Positions 1-8,868 of a stretch of 64,000 nucleotides of DNA are shown one piece after another. Source of the stretch: Trueperaceae bacterium (GTDB taxonomy: Bacteria; Deinococcota; Deinococci; Deinococcales; Trueperaceae); contig OZ243956.1 of NCBI GenBank assembly GCA_965214405.1, forward strand, positions 1,984,001-2,048,000, given 5' to 3'. Position 1 is the stretch's first letter, and every line of letters starts with the position of its first letter. Below the pieces are notes generated by a model that was not told the DNA's origin, searched no databases, and saw nothing but the letters and a program-made list of their open reading frames with translations. The position numbers and the translations under genes were made by a program.

Positions 1-576
1 TTTTTCAGAAGTGCCTACTACCTAACCAGCATCATCTCTTTGTACGGTTTAGCGCTCATCTTCAGGTTTTTGTTCGCCGACCAGGTGGGTCTCGTCAACA
101 ACACGCTTGTCGGGCTCGGCTTTGAGCGCGTGTCTTGGCTGAGCGACTCCACGAGCCTCATCGTCATCATAGGCGTGCTCACCGTGTTTAAAGGCGTCGG
201 CTGGAACATGCTGGTTTACGTCGGCGGTTTACAGGCGCTAGACACGACGCTCTATGAAAGCGCCCGCATCGACGGGGCGAACTGGTGGCAGGTCGTAACG
301 CGCATCACGGTTCCGCTCATGCGCCCCGTAATTACGTTCACCGCGATCATGGCGTTCGTCTACCTTTTTCAACTTTTCTCCCCCATCATCTTGATTGCCA
401 GCCGCGGCAGGTTTACGAACGTGCCGACAGGGGTACGGACACCCGTGGTGGAGGCTTACATTCAGTCTTTCGGTTTGAACAATCCGGGGTACGGCAGCGC
501 GATCATGCTCGTCATGAGCGTTCTGGCGCTCTGTGCCGCGGCCTTTATTCTCTGGAGGTCGGCGCGTGCGGACTAA
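1..576 (+). CDS. Carbohydrate ABC transporter permease (5'-truncated by window edge)
   Basis: Frame open from base 1; EAA loop 'LYESARIDGANWWQ'; hydrophobic helices. Confidence 0.9.
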   Translation, partial: FFRSAYYLTSIISLYGLALIFRFLFADQVGLVNNTLVGLGFERVSWLSDSTSLIVIIGVLTVFKGVGWNMLVYVGGLQALDTTLYESARIDGANWWQVVTRITVPLMRPVITFTAIMAFVYLFQLFSPIILIASRGRFTNVPTGVRTPVVEAYIQSFGLNNPGYGSAIMLVMSVLALCAAAFILWRSARAD

Positions 577-1438
577 AGCGTCCAGTGTTGAAGCGCCTCG
601 AGCCCAAACGCCTAGCTGGAGCGGCTGGTATCGGCGGCTCAAACCCTTTCATTACCTGTTCTTGAGCGCTTTTTTGCTGCTCCTACTTTTCCCCCTGATC
701 TTCTTGCTGTCGTCATCGTTCAAGGAGTCACGCTACATTTTCGAGTATCCGTTTCGCCTGATCGCGGGAACGCCCACGCTCGACAATTTCGCCAAGGCCT
801 GGGACAGCGCGATCAGCAGCTTTTTGTGGAACAGCGTGGTTGTCGCGGTGGGTACGACCCTCACCAACATCCTCTTTTGTACGATGGCGGGTTACGCGCT
901 CGCCAAGTTCCGCTTTCCGGGACGCGCTTTCGTGTTGGGCGTCGTGCTGCTGACCACCATCATCCCTATAGACTTTAATATCATCCCCCTGTTCGTGTTG
1001 GCGAGAGAGCTGGGCCTCGTAGGGACCTACCTGGGCATCGCGCTGCCGGGCATCATCTATACCTTCGGCGCCTTTATGATGATGCAGTTTGCTCAGGCTG
1101 TGCCCGACGAACTGCTCGAGGCTGCGAGGCTGGACGGCTGTTCGGAGTACGGCATCTTTTTCAGAATCGCGTTTCCCTTGCTGGGGCCTCCGGTGACCGT
1201 GCTGGGGGTGTTCAGTTTCTTTAACAGTTGGGACAACTTCTTGTGGCCCGCCATCGTCGCCATCCGCGACGAGAAATTCACAGTGCCTGTCGGCTTAGCC
1301 AGCTTGATAGGCAACCGCGACTACAACGTGCCGGTCATTTTGGCGGGCATAACTCTCTCCATCATTCCCGTGCTCATCCTTTTCGCCTTTTTTCAGCGCC
1401 GTATCGTCGAGAATTCTCTCAGCGCAGGAATCAAGTAG
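566..1438 (+). CDS. Carbohydrate ABC transporter permease
   Basis: EAA motif 'LLEAARLDGCSEY'; GGAGG RBS before GTG 566. Confidence 0.9.
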   Translation: MRTKASSVEAPRAQTPSWSGWYRRLKPFHYLFLSAFLLLLLFPLIFLLSSSFKESRYIFEYPFRLIAGTPTLDNFAKAWDSAISSFLWNSVVVAVGTTLTNILFCTMAGYALAKFRFPGRAFVLGVVLLTTIIPIDFNIIPLFVLARELGLVGTYLGIALPGIIYTFGAFMMMQFAQAVPDELLEAARLDGCSEYGIFFRIAFPLLGPPVTVLGVFSFFNSWDNFLWPAIVAIRDEKFTVPVGLASLIGNRDYNVPVILAGITLSIIPVLILFAFFQRRIVENSLSAGIK

Positions 1439-1537
1439 GGATGTTTTTTACAAAGCTAGCTACTCAGCCCAAACCTGACGCCCCGCGCACCTCCCAACAA
1501 CACGTATCGCTTTCACGTGATGAGGTGGGGTCTCTTT

Positions 1538-2413
1538 ATGACTGATTCACCCGCTAAACACGCGCCGCCCTACGCTATGGGCCGTCCGCTGGGCGCATTC
1601 TCCAGCCTCTTGCCCTTGACTCAACTCGAGCAGTTCAAGCATTACGGACTGGACTGCGTGCAGTGGGAACCGAGCCCCGCCGCCATGCAAAATGACGGGG
1701 ACGCCTACAAAGAAATTCAAATGTTTAGGGATGCCGGACTGGCTATCGTGGCGCTGGTGGGGTACAGGAACATCGTGACACCTGACAGGACAAAAAAGGC
1801 GGCTGTCGTTAAAGACATGCAGCGCCTGTTCGAGCTTGCCGCGATGGTAGGCGCTGGCACCGGGGTGGCGACCGAAACGGGCACAAAAAATGCCGAAAAC
1901 CAGTGGCTGTTTCATCCCGACAACCTGAGCGAGGCGAGCTGGCAGGAACTGCTCGAGACTGTGAAAGCGTTTCTTGAAATGGCGGAAGGTTTGGACGTGA
2001 AGCTGTTACTCGAGGGCTACGTAGAAAACGTGCTCCGCACCGCCGACGATATCCGGCGGTTCCGGAAAGCGGTTCAGTCGCCCGCCCTCGGCTTTGTCAT
2101 GGACCCCTTTAATCTCCTGCTCGAAGAGCACGTCCCCCAGCAAGAAGGCGAACAGAGCAAGATATTTGAGACCGTCGCCGATCTTTCACCGATTGCCCAT
2201 GCCAAAGACGTGCTCTACACCGACGGCGTCGTCGGCACACCGCGCTCCGGGAAGGGTGTTTTTAACTTTACGCCTTACTTTAGGCTGCTCGAGCAGCAGC
2301 TACCCGGCGTGCCCTTGATCGTCGAACACCTGAGCGCCGAAGAGATTCCCGAAGTCCTGAGCTTTTTGCAGCGCGCCTACGATGAGGCTTCCGTAGAGGA
2401 CAAGGCGTCATGA
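1538..2413 (+). CDS. Sugar phosphate isomerase/epimerase (xylose isomerase-like TIM barrel)
   Basis: Metal-ligand pattern 'LLEG', 'MDPFN', 'HAKD', 'IVEH'. Confidence 0.8.
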   Translation: MTDSPAKHAPPYAMGRPLGAFSSLLPLTQLEQFKHYGLDCVQWEPSPAAMQNDGDAYKEIQMFRDAGLAIVALVGYRNIVTPDRTKKAAVVKDMQRLFELAAMVGAGTGVATETGTKNAENQWLFHPDNLSEASWQELLETVKAFLEMAEGLDVKLLLEGYVENVLRTADDIRRFRKAVQSPALGFVMDPFNLLLEEHVPQQEGEQSKIFETVADLSPIAHAKDVLYTDGVVGTPRSGKGVFNFTPYFRLLEQQLPGVPLIVEHLSAEEIPEVLSFLQRAYDEASVEDKAS

Positions 2414-3450
2414 ACAGCGCGCCCCAGCACCGCCCCAGGTTTCCCGAAGGACCGCTGCCGGGGGTAGGGATTGTCGGCTCCGGCAACATCGTGCGCAATA
2501 TTCACCTAGCGGCGTACAAAGCCTACAACGTACCCGTCGTTGCCGTGTATGACATCGTTCCTGAAAACGCTGCACTCGCAGCGGAGATTATGCCCGGTAT
2601 CCACGTCTGTAACTCGTTAGAAGAGCTCCTGGCCGACCCTGAGGTTCAGATCGTCGATATCGGTACGTTCCCGCCCCAACGCGTGCCCATCATGCACGAA
2701 GCCCTAAAAGCAGGGAAACATATCCTGGCACAAAAGCCGCTAGCGCCCAGTTTGGCAGACGCAGCGGCGGTCGTGAAAGAAGCCCAGCGCCTCGGGCTCA
2801 AACTTGCGGTCAACCAAAATGGTCGCTGGGCACCCCCCTGGCGCGTTGCTACTTTGCTCATAGAACAGGGTGACATAGGCGATGTGCTCGGTATCGAACA
2901 TTTCTTCGACATTAGCTTTTCGTGGATCGTGGGGACGAGGTTTGACGACATCAAGCATTTTGCCGTTTATGATTACGCCGTTCACTGGATTGACATCACG
3001 CGCTGCTGGCTGGGGAGTCTCCAGCCCTTCGAGGTAAGGGCGCGCGAATGGCGCACACCTAATCAGCCGAGCGAATCGGAACAACCCTGGGGCTTTGACC
3101 TGTCCATAGCGTCTAAGGGCGGGGTAACGGCAAACATAAGCACGCACGGGTCGGGTCTAAGTACGCAGGGCCATCCCTTTTACATTTTTGGTAGCAAAGG
3201 AACGATTCGCGGGTCAGCGCTGGGTAATGATTTTGTCGAACTAGAAACCCCTGCGGGACGGTTTCGCTACAAGCTCGAGGGCGAGTGGTTCAACGACGGG
3301 TTTGCGGGCGTGATGGGTGAACTCATGTGCGCCCTGGCTGAAGACCGCGAACCCTACAATTCGGGAAGACACAATTTGCTTTCGTTAGAACTCACCTTCG
3401 CGGCGGTCGCGTCCGCTGAAAAGGAGGGTCGGGTGGTTGGAACCGGATGA
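2410..3450 (+). CDS. Gfo/Idh/MocA family oxidoreductase
   Basis: 'GIVGSGNI' Rossmann motif, 'GKHILAQKPL', 'DYAVHWID'; ATGA overlap with upstream gene. Confidence 0.9.
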   Translation: MNSAPQHRPRFPEGPLPGVGIVGSGNIVRNIHLAAYKAYNVPVVAVYDIVPENAALAAEIMPGIHVCNSLEELLADPEVQIVDIGTFPPQRVPIMHEALKAGKHILAQKPLAPSLADAAAVVKEAQRLGLKLAVNQNGRWAPPWRVATLLIEQGDIGDVLGIEHFFDISFSWIVGTRFDDIKHFAVYDYAVHWIDITRCWLGSLQPFEVRAREWRTPNQPSESEQPWGFDLSIASKGGVTANISTHGSGLSTQGHPFYIFGSKGTIRGSALGNDFVELETPAGRFRYKLEGEWFNDGFAGVMGELMCALAEDREPYNSGRHNLLSLELTFAAVASAEKEGRVVGTG

Positions 3451-3479
3451 CATGACAACAAATACTTTGAGTCGACTTT

Positions 3480-3910
3480 TCCTGAATGTGCTGCTGGAAA
3501 ACGTCTACACCGCCCCAGCTCGCGGCTACCTCGCCTCTTTGCGGGCTATCGAAACGCTACGGAAGGTGTGGCTGCATCACTTCTGGTTTGATAAGGGCGA
3601 GCCACGCTACCGCGACGCGAAAGACCTCGCGCCCGCTAACGTCCGCCTTAACTCGCCCTACGACCCGGAAGCGGCGTTCGGCAAGAAGGGTACCTTTACC
3701 TGGACGGGCTATAAGGTCTTCGTCACCAAGACCTGTGACGCCGCTGCGCCTCGCATCATTACCCACGTCGTGACGACTGGCGCGGGCGCGTCGGACGTAG
3801 ACCAAACGGCTAAGGTTCACGAAGCCTTAAGAGACAAGCACCTTCTCCCCAAGATGCACCTCGCCGACGGCGGTTTTGTCGACGCCGACCTTCTGCTCGA
3901 GCCCCTCCCA
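3480..3910 (+). pseudogene. Internal fragment of an IS1182-family-like DDE transposase
   Basis: 'SPYDPEAAFGKKGTFTWTGYKVFVT..C...PRIITHV.TT...HLADGGF' typical of this family; no N- or C-terminal domains; boundaries approximate. Confidence 0.75.
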
Positions 3911-3940
3911 CAAGCGAGCAGGAAAGACCGTCACCTGATG

Positions 3941-5083
3941 TCAGTTGCTCGCATAGGGGTCAGCCGCGTCCCTCAGCCCGTCACCGACGAAGTTAAACGC
4001 GAGCACGGTAATGATGATAAAGACCACGGGCACGAGCAGCCAGGGTGCCTGCGAGATGGCGTGAATGTCCCTGGCTTCGTAAAGGAGCGAGCCCCAACTC
4101 ACGACGGGCGAACGCAACCCTAAGCCGATAAAGGTGAGCGCGGTTTCGCCGAGAATCATCTGCGGCACCGTCAGCGTCAGGCTGACGATGATGTAGCTTA
4201 AAAAAGACGGGATGAGGTGCTTGGCGACGATGACCCGCGTCGGCGCGGCCGACACCCTGGCCGCCAGCACGAAGTCCGCGTCGCGGATGCTGAGCAGTTG
4301 GCTGCGGACGACCCTCGCCAGCCCCGTCCAGCCGATAAACGAAAGAATGATGGTGATGCCGAAGTAGATCCGCAGCGCGGGCCACTGCGGCGGCAGCGCC
4401 GCGGCTAACGCCATCCACAGCGGCAGCACGGGGATCGACCGGAGAAACTCGATGACGCGCTGGGAAATCAGGTCGAAGGTGCCGCCCAAGTAGCCCGACA
4501 AGCCGCCGATGGCGAGGCCGAAAAAGAAGGTCATGAGCACGCCGATAAGCCCGACCGACAGCGAGATGCGCGCGCCGTAAAAGGCGCGGCTCAACAGGTC
4601 CCGGCCCAGGCCGTCGGTGCCGAGCAGGTGCATCGGGCCGTCCTCTACGCCGAACAGGTGGCGGTCGGCCTCAAAAAGGTTCCAGAACCTGTAGTCGTCC
4701 CCCCTGACGAACAACGACAGGTTGTACTTTTTCTCGGGGTCCGCCACAAACTCCTGCGCCAGGGTTTCGGGGTTTCGCTCGGCGCTGTAGCCGTAGACGA
4801 AGGGGCGCAACTGAAACTTGCCCTCGTGCACGAAGCGAATCGTCTGGGGCGGCGCGTAAATCAGGCTGCTGTTCCGCGCCTGGGGCGTGTAGGGCGACAA
4901 AAACTCGCAGAACATACCGATCGTGTAGAGGATGACGAGCGCCGCGACGCCTATCAGCGCGAGCTTGTGCTTTTTGAACTTGGCCCAGATGAGTTGAGCC
5001 TGGGAAGCGTTGAGGTAGGCGTCCTCTGAGGGCTTTTTTACGCGTCGGTCGCGCCAAAAGGCCAGCCTGCGTACGGGGTTCAT
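3941..5083 (-). CDS. Peptide/nickel-type ABC permease (DppC/OppC-like)
   Basis: 'HLLGTDGLGRDLLSR', 'ARVVRSQLLS...FVLAAR'. Confidence 0.92.
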   Translation of the reverse strand: MNPVRRLAFWRDRRVKKPSEDAYLNASQAQLIWAKFKKHKLALIGVAALVILYTIGMFCEFLSPYTPQARNSSLIYAPPQTIRFVHEGKFQLRPFVYGYSAERNPETLAQEFVADPEKKYNLSLFVRGDDYRFWNLFEADRHLFGVEDGPMHLLGTDGLGRDLLSRAFYGARISLSVGLIGVLMTFFFGLAIGGLSGYLGGTFDLISQRVIEFLRSIPVLPLWMALAAALPPQWPALRIYFGITIILSFIGWTGLARVVRSQLLSIRDADFVLAARVSAAPTRVIVAKHLIPSFLSYIIVSLTLTVPQMILGETALTFIGLGLRSPVVSWGSLLYEARDIHAISQAPWLLVPVVFIIITVLAFNFVGDGLRDAADPYASN

Positions 5084-6066
5084 TTCTCCATCCTTATGCG
5101 GGGGTCGAGGGCGGCCAAGAGGATGTCGGACACGAACGTCCCGATCACCGTGAGGACGCTGAGCAGCAGCAGGAACGAGCCCGCCAGGTACATGTCTTGC
5201 CCCAACAGCGCCCGGAGCAGCAGCGGCCCCGTGGTGGGCAGGTTGAGCACCAATTCGACGATGGGCGCGCCCGAGATGATGGCGGCGAGCTGCCAGCCCA
5301 TCGTGGACACCACGGGGTTCAGGGCCAGCCGGACCGGGTACTTGAACACCAGGCGGGTCTCAGACACGCCCTTGGCCCGCGCCGTGACCACGTACTGCTG
5401 TGCCAGCTCGTCTAACAACATGCCCCGCATCACGCGGGTGAGGCCCGCCACGCCCGCCACGCCGAGCACAAAAACGGCGATCCAGGCGTGCTCTAAGGTG
5501 TCAATGAACTTCGCCCAGCTCATCGGCTGGTTCAAGAACTCGGGCGAGTTGAGGCCGCCCACGCTGTTGCCCATGAGGTGACTTACGTAGAGCACCCCAA
5601 AGGCCAGGATGAAGCCGGGCAGCGCCAGACCTATATAACTCAACGTGGTGATGATAAAATCTCCGACGGAGTATTTTCGCAAGGCCGAGTAGATCCCTAT
5701 GGGAATAGCCAGGAGGTAGGTAAAAATAAGCGTCGCCACGCCCAACGCGACCGTCAGCCCGAGCCGTTCCCACAAGAGTTCGCTGACGGGCTGCTCCCAC
5801 TGAAAGGAGCGCCCGAAATCCCCTTTCGTGACGATGTTGGTAATCCAGATCCAGTATTGGGTCACGGCGGACTGGTCGAGCCCGTAGGACCTACGTAGGC
5901 TGTCGATTTCGGCCTGGTTGGTCTGGCCGCCGGTCGCTTCTAGCTGCAATAAATAGGACGATAAAAAGTCACCCGGCGGCAACTGGATGAGAAAAAACGA
6001 CACCACCGACACCAGGAAGATGGTGAGCAGCATAAAAAGCAAGCGTCTGACGATGTAGTTCAGCAT
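5080..6066 (-). CDS. Peptide/nickel-type ABC permease (DppB/OppB-like)
   Basis: 'YIVRRLL...GDFGRSF', 'YVVTARAKGVSE'. Confidence 0.92.
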   Translation of the reverse strand: MLNYIVRRLLFMLLTIFLVSVVSFFLIQLPPGDFLSSYLLQLEATGGQTNQAEIDSLRRSYGLDQSAVTQYWIWITNIVTKGDFGRSFQWEQPVSELLWERLGLTVALGVATLIFTYLLAIPIGIYSALRKYSVGDFIITTLSYIGLALPGFILAFGVLYVSHLMGNSVGGLNSPEFLNQPMSWAKFIDTLEHAWIAVFVLGVAGVAGLTRVMRGMLLDELAQQYVVTARAKGVSETRLVFKYPVRLALNPVVSTMGWQLAAIISGAPIVELVLNLPTTGPLLLRALLGQDMYLAGSFLLLLSVLTVIGTFVSDILLAALDPRIRMEK

Positions 6067-6093
6067 TTTTCAGAATCTCCCTCGCCGACAAAC

Positions 6094-8796
6094 CTAACGA
6101 ACCGCATAGAGATACCCGTCACAGCATAAGACGAACGCCCGCCCCTCATAAACAGCCGGGGTCGCCTCTTCGACTTTGTTGCCCAGGCGGAGCTTCCACA
6201 ACGTTCGAGGGGTTTTATGATCATTGTTGTCCTCAATATCAAGGCGAAAGCCGTACATATAAGGAGACGCCGTAGACGCGATGATGCCGTGGCCGCCCGC
6301 GATCACAGGTCCCGTCAGGCCGCCGCCAGGATGCTCCCACAAAAACTCACCTGTACGGGCGTCAAAGCAAGAAACCGATGTGTTTAGCGCCACGCCACCC
6401 AAGCCCCGACCCTGTGAGGTGGAGACGAGCAAGCGCTTACCTTTGAGCGCAGGCGTCGCGTTAAAGCCTGTTTTGGCTCGGCTCGTTTCCCAGAGTACGT
6501 CACCCGTCTCGAGGTCGAAACACCGCACCCAGCCGTCCCCCTTGACATCCCCTGGTTGGCTGGTGTCGGTGTGGTTGCCTAAATACATCCGGTTGTCGTG
6601 AACCACCTGCGCGCCCGAGTCGGAGCGGTTGCCGATGTGGTGCTTCCATAAAAGCTTGCCCGAGGTAACGTCCAGCGCGTAAAGGTAGCGGTCCCAACTG
6701 CCGAAAATGACCGTATCCCCATACAAAACAGGTTCCGTACAGGTCGAGCGGCCCGTCCGGTAGCGCCACAAGATAGCGCCCGTGTCGGCGTCCAGACCGT
6801 TGGCGAACCCGTCGATACCCGGCACGAACACCCGCCCGCCCTTTAGGTTGGCCGACCCCCAAACCCAGCCCAAAGCTTGCGTCCACAAGGGCCGTCCCGT
6901 CGCGGCTTCGAGACAGTAAAAGGTGTCGTCCCCGCCCTGTTGCCCAAAAAATAGTTTTCCACCGTCAACAGCAGGTGCTGCTGACACGGCCCCGCTGCTT
7001 TCAAACTTCCAGCGTTCCTCGCCCGTCTTTACGTCAACGGCGTGAACGAACCCCGACGGCGCGCCGATATACGCCAGGCCGTTATCCGCCGTCGCCTTGG
7101 ACTGGTAAAACGCGCCCCCCGCGAGCTGGTCCGTTTGTATGCGGGTCCCGCCCTCGTAAAAGCTTTCGATAAGGTCGCGCTGCCAGAGGCGGTCCCCCGA
7201 CGCACCGAAGCAGTGCAACTTCAGGTCGGCGGAAGAGAGATAGACGTTTTGCCCCGCTCCGGCCAGGTCGGCGTAAACAGGATGGTCGCTTACGCGCTCC
7301 TTCCAGCGCAGTCGCGCTTCCCCGTCGGTTCGAAGGGACACGCTGTAGAGGTAGCCTTTCAGGTCGGCGAATACGAGGCTGTCGCCCAGCAGGACCGGCT
7401 TCGCCCGCACCCAGTCCTCCGCCTCAAAACGCCAGCGCAGCCGCCCCGTGCTCGCCTCGAGACAAAGTATCTCTGAGGAAGCCGCGCCGACATAGAGATG
7501 ACCATCCGCAACGAGGGGGGTAGAAAAGAGCCGCAGGGCTCGAGCCTCGTTACACCCGGTGTCTTTCGTCCACTGAACAGTCCCGCTCGAGGCTTCAAGA
7601 CAGTGAACATAACCGTCGTTACTGCCGAAGTACAGCTTGCCGTCTTTTAAGAGTGGGCTCGAGTTGACCGCCCCGCCGCACTGGTACTGCCAAGCGATAC
7701 GCCGGTCCGAGTTGGCGGGAAAGTCGCCCTCGAGTTGCAAGGCCATCACGACCCCGTCGTCCGTCGTCACAAAGGCCAGGCCGTCACTGACGAGGGGGTC
7801 ACAGAGGATGGTTCCCGTCTGAAACTGCCAGAGGAGCTCGCCGGTGTCAGGGCGGCGGCACGCGAGCTGGTTGAGGGGCGTGGCAATGGCGGGGACTTGC
7901 TCGATTTCATGTTCGCCCGCCGGGTAGACCAGGTAGTCCTGAGAAACCTCCAAAGGCGCGTAGCCCGCGCGGTAGTCTACGTGGCAAGCGGGTAGTTTTT
8001 GGCTCAAGGAGCCGTTTGCCTTGTTGAACTTCAAAATTTTTGGCGCTTCCAGCACACCTCTGTCTTTGTTGCCCCGGCTGCCCATCTGTCTCACCCAGAC
8101 AGCGTCCTGGGTCAGGCGCGGCGTCGAGCTGGCACCGGGCGTGCTGTAAAGCTGACCTGCGGTGAGCGCGGGCTGCATCCGAGAGGTCCAGACGGCTTCG
8201 CCGGTACTACCGTCAAAGCAGTAGAGCGCCACCCGCAACCCTGGTGAGGTCGCGTATACCCTGTCACCTTCGACGACGGGGGCGGAGCGCCAGCCGAGCC
8301 CGACCGGGAAACGCCAGTCGACGCGTCCTTCGGTGGGGCCGAGAGCTTCAGTTGAACCCGTGTGTTGAGGGTTGCCGTGGTACAGGGGCCACGCTTTCCC
8401 GAATTTCACATCGCTACCTGGGGCAGCCGTTAAAGACGTCGTCGCTGTCTTCTCTTTTGAACCCGCCTTCTCTTTTAGATTCTCTTTTTTACGTGGCGAG
8501 CCCTCAAAATCTTGCCAAAGGTCTTCGAGAACCGCGTAAGCATCGTCAATAAGGGTATAAACCTTGACTTCGTCTTCGCCCAACGCTTCAGGATTTTCGG
8601 TCGTGTCCGTGAGCTTGGTCAGGTCGTGATCGAGCTCTAACAAGGCGTCCACCCCAAGCCCCTGCTGCTGCAACGCGCAAACCCAGGTCTTCATGACGAT
8701 GGCTCGCTCGCGGTAGTCCCCTCGCCCCGTCGGCGATGTGGCGACAGCCGCCCGCACCGTGTCGATAAAACCGTCTCCGGAAGGTTTTGGTATCAT
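6094..8796 (-). CDS. Large PQQ-binding-like (BamB-type) beta-propeller repeat protein
   Basis: Many 'C.DA.TG..(L)W' Trp-docking repeats; ~130-aa non-repeat N-terminus; start uncertain (8796 ATG or 8808 TTG). Confidence 0.8.
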   Translation of the reverse strand: MIPKPSGDGFIDTVRAAVATSPTGRGDYRERAIVMKTWVCALQQQGLGVDALLELDHDLTKLTDTTENPEALGEDEVKVYTLIDDAYAVLEDLWQDFEGSPRKKENLKEKAGSKEKTATTSLTAAPGSDVKFGKAWPLYHGNPQHTGSTEALGPTEGRVDWRFPVGLGWRSAPVVEGDRVYATSPGLRVALYCFDGSTGEAVWTSRMQPALTAGQLYSTPGASSTPRLTQDAVWVRQMGSRGNKDRGVLEAPKILKFNKANGSLSQKLPACHVDYRAGYAPLEVSQDYLVYPAGEHEIEQVPAIATPLNQLACRRPDTGELLWQFQTGTILCDPLVSDGLAFVTTDDGVVMALQLEGDFPANSDRRIAWQYQCGGAVNSSPLLKDGKLYFGSNDGYVHCLEASSGTVQWTKDTGCNEARALRLFSTPLVADGHLYVGAASSEILCLEASTGRLRWRFEAEDWVRAKPVLLGDSLVFADLKGYLYSVSLRTDGEARLRWKERVSDHPVYADLAGAGQNVYLSSADLKLHCFGASGDRLWQRDLIESFYEGGTRIQTDQLAGGAFYQSKATADNGLAYIGAPSGFVHAVDVKTGEERWKFESSGAVSAAPAVDGGKLFFGQQGGDDTFYCLEAATGRPLWTQALGWVWGSANLKGGRVFVPGIDGFANGLDADTGAILWRYRTGRSTCTEPVLYGDTVIFGSWDRYLYALDVTSGKLLWKHHIGNRSDSGAQVVHDNRMYLGNHTDTSQPGDVKGDGWVRCFDLETGDVLWETSRAKTGFNATPALKGKRLLVSTSQGRGLGGVALNTSVSCFDARTGEFLWEHPGGGLTGPVIAGGHGIIASTASPYMYGFRLDIEDNNDHKTPRTLWKLRLGNKVEEATPAVYEGRAFVLCCDGYLYAVR

Positions 8797-8868
8797 TATC
8801 CGCCCCAAACAGCGCGCGGGGGTTGGTAAATGTGCTCACAACCCCTGCCGCGCTTCACGAGCCGAGCC

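Noticed and set aside
3910..4123. C-terminal part of the 228-aa ORF at 3437
   Set aside because: Read-through into the antisense strand of the permease; only the middle portion is transposase-like
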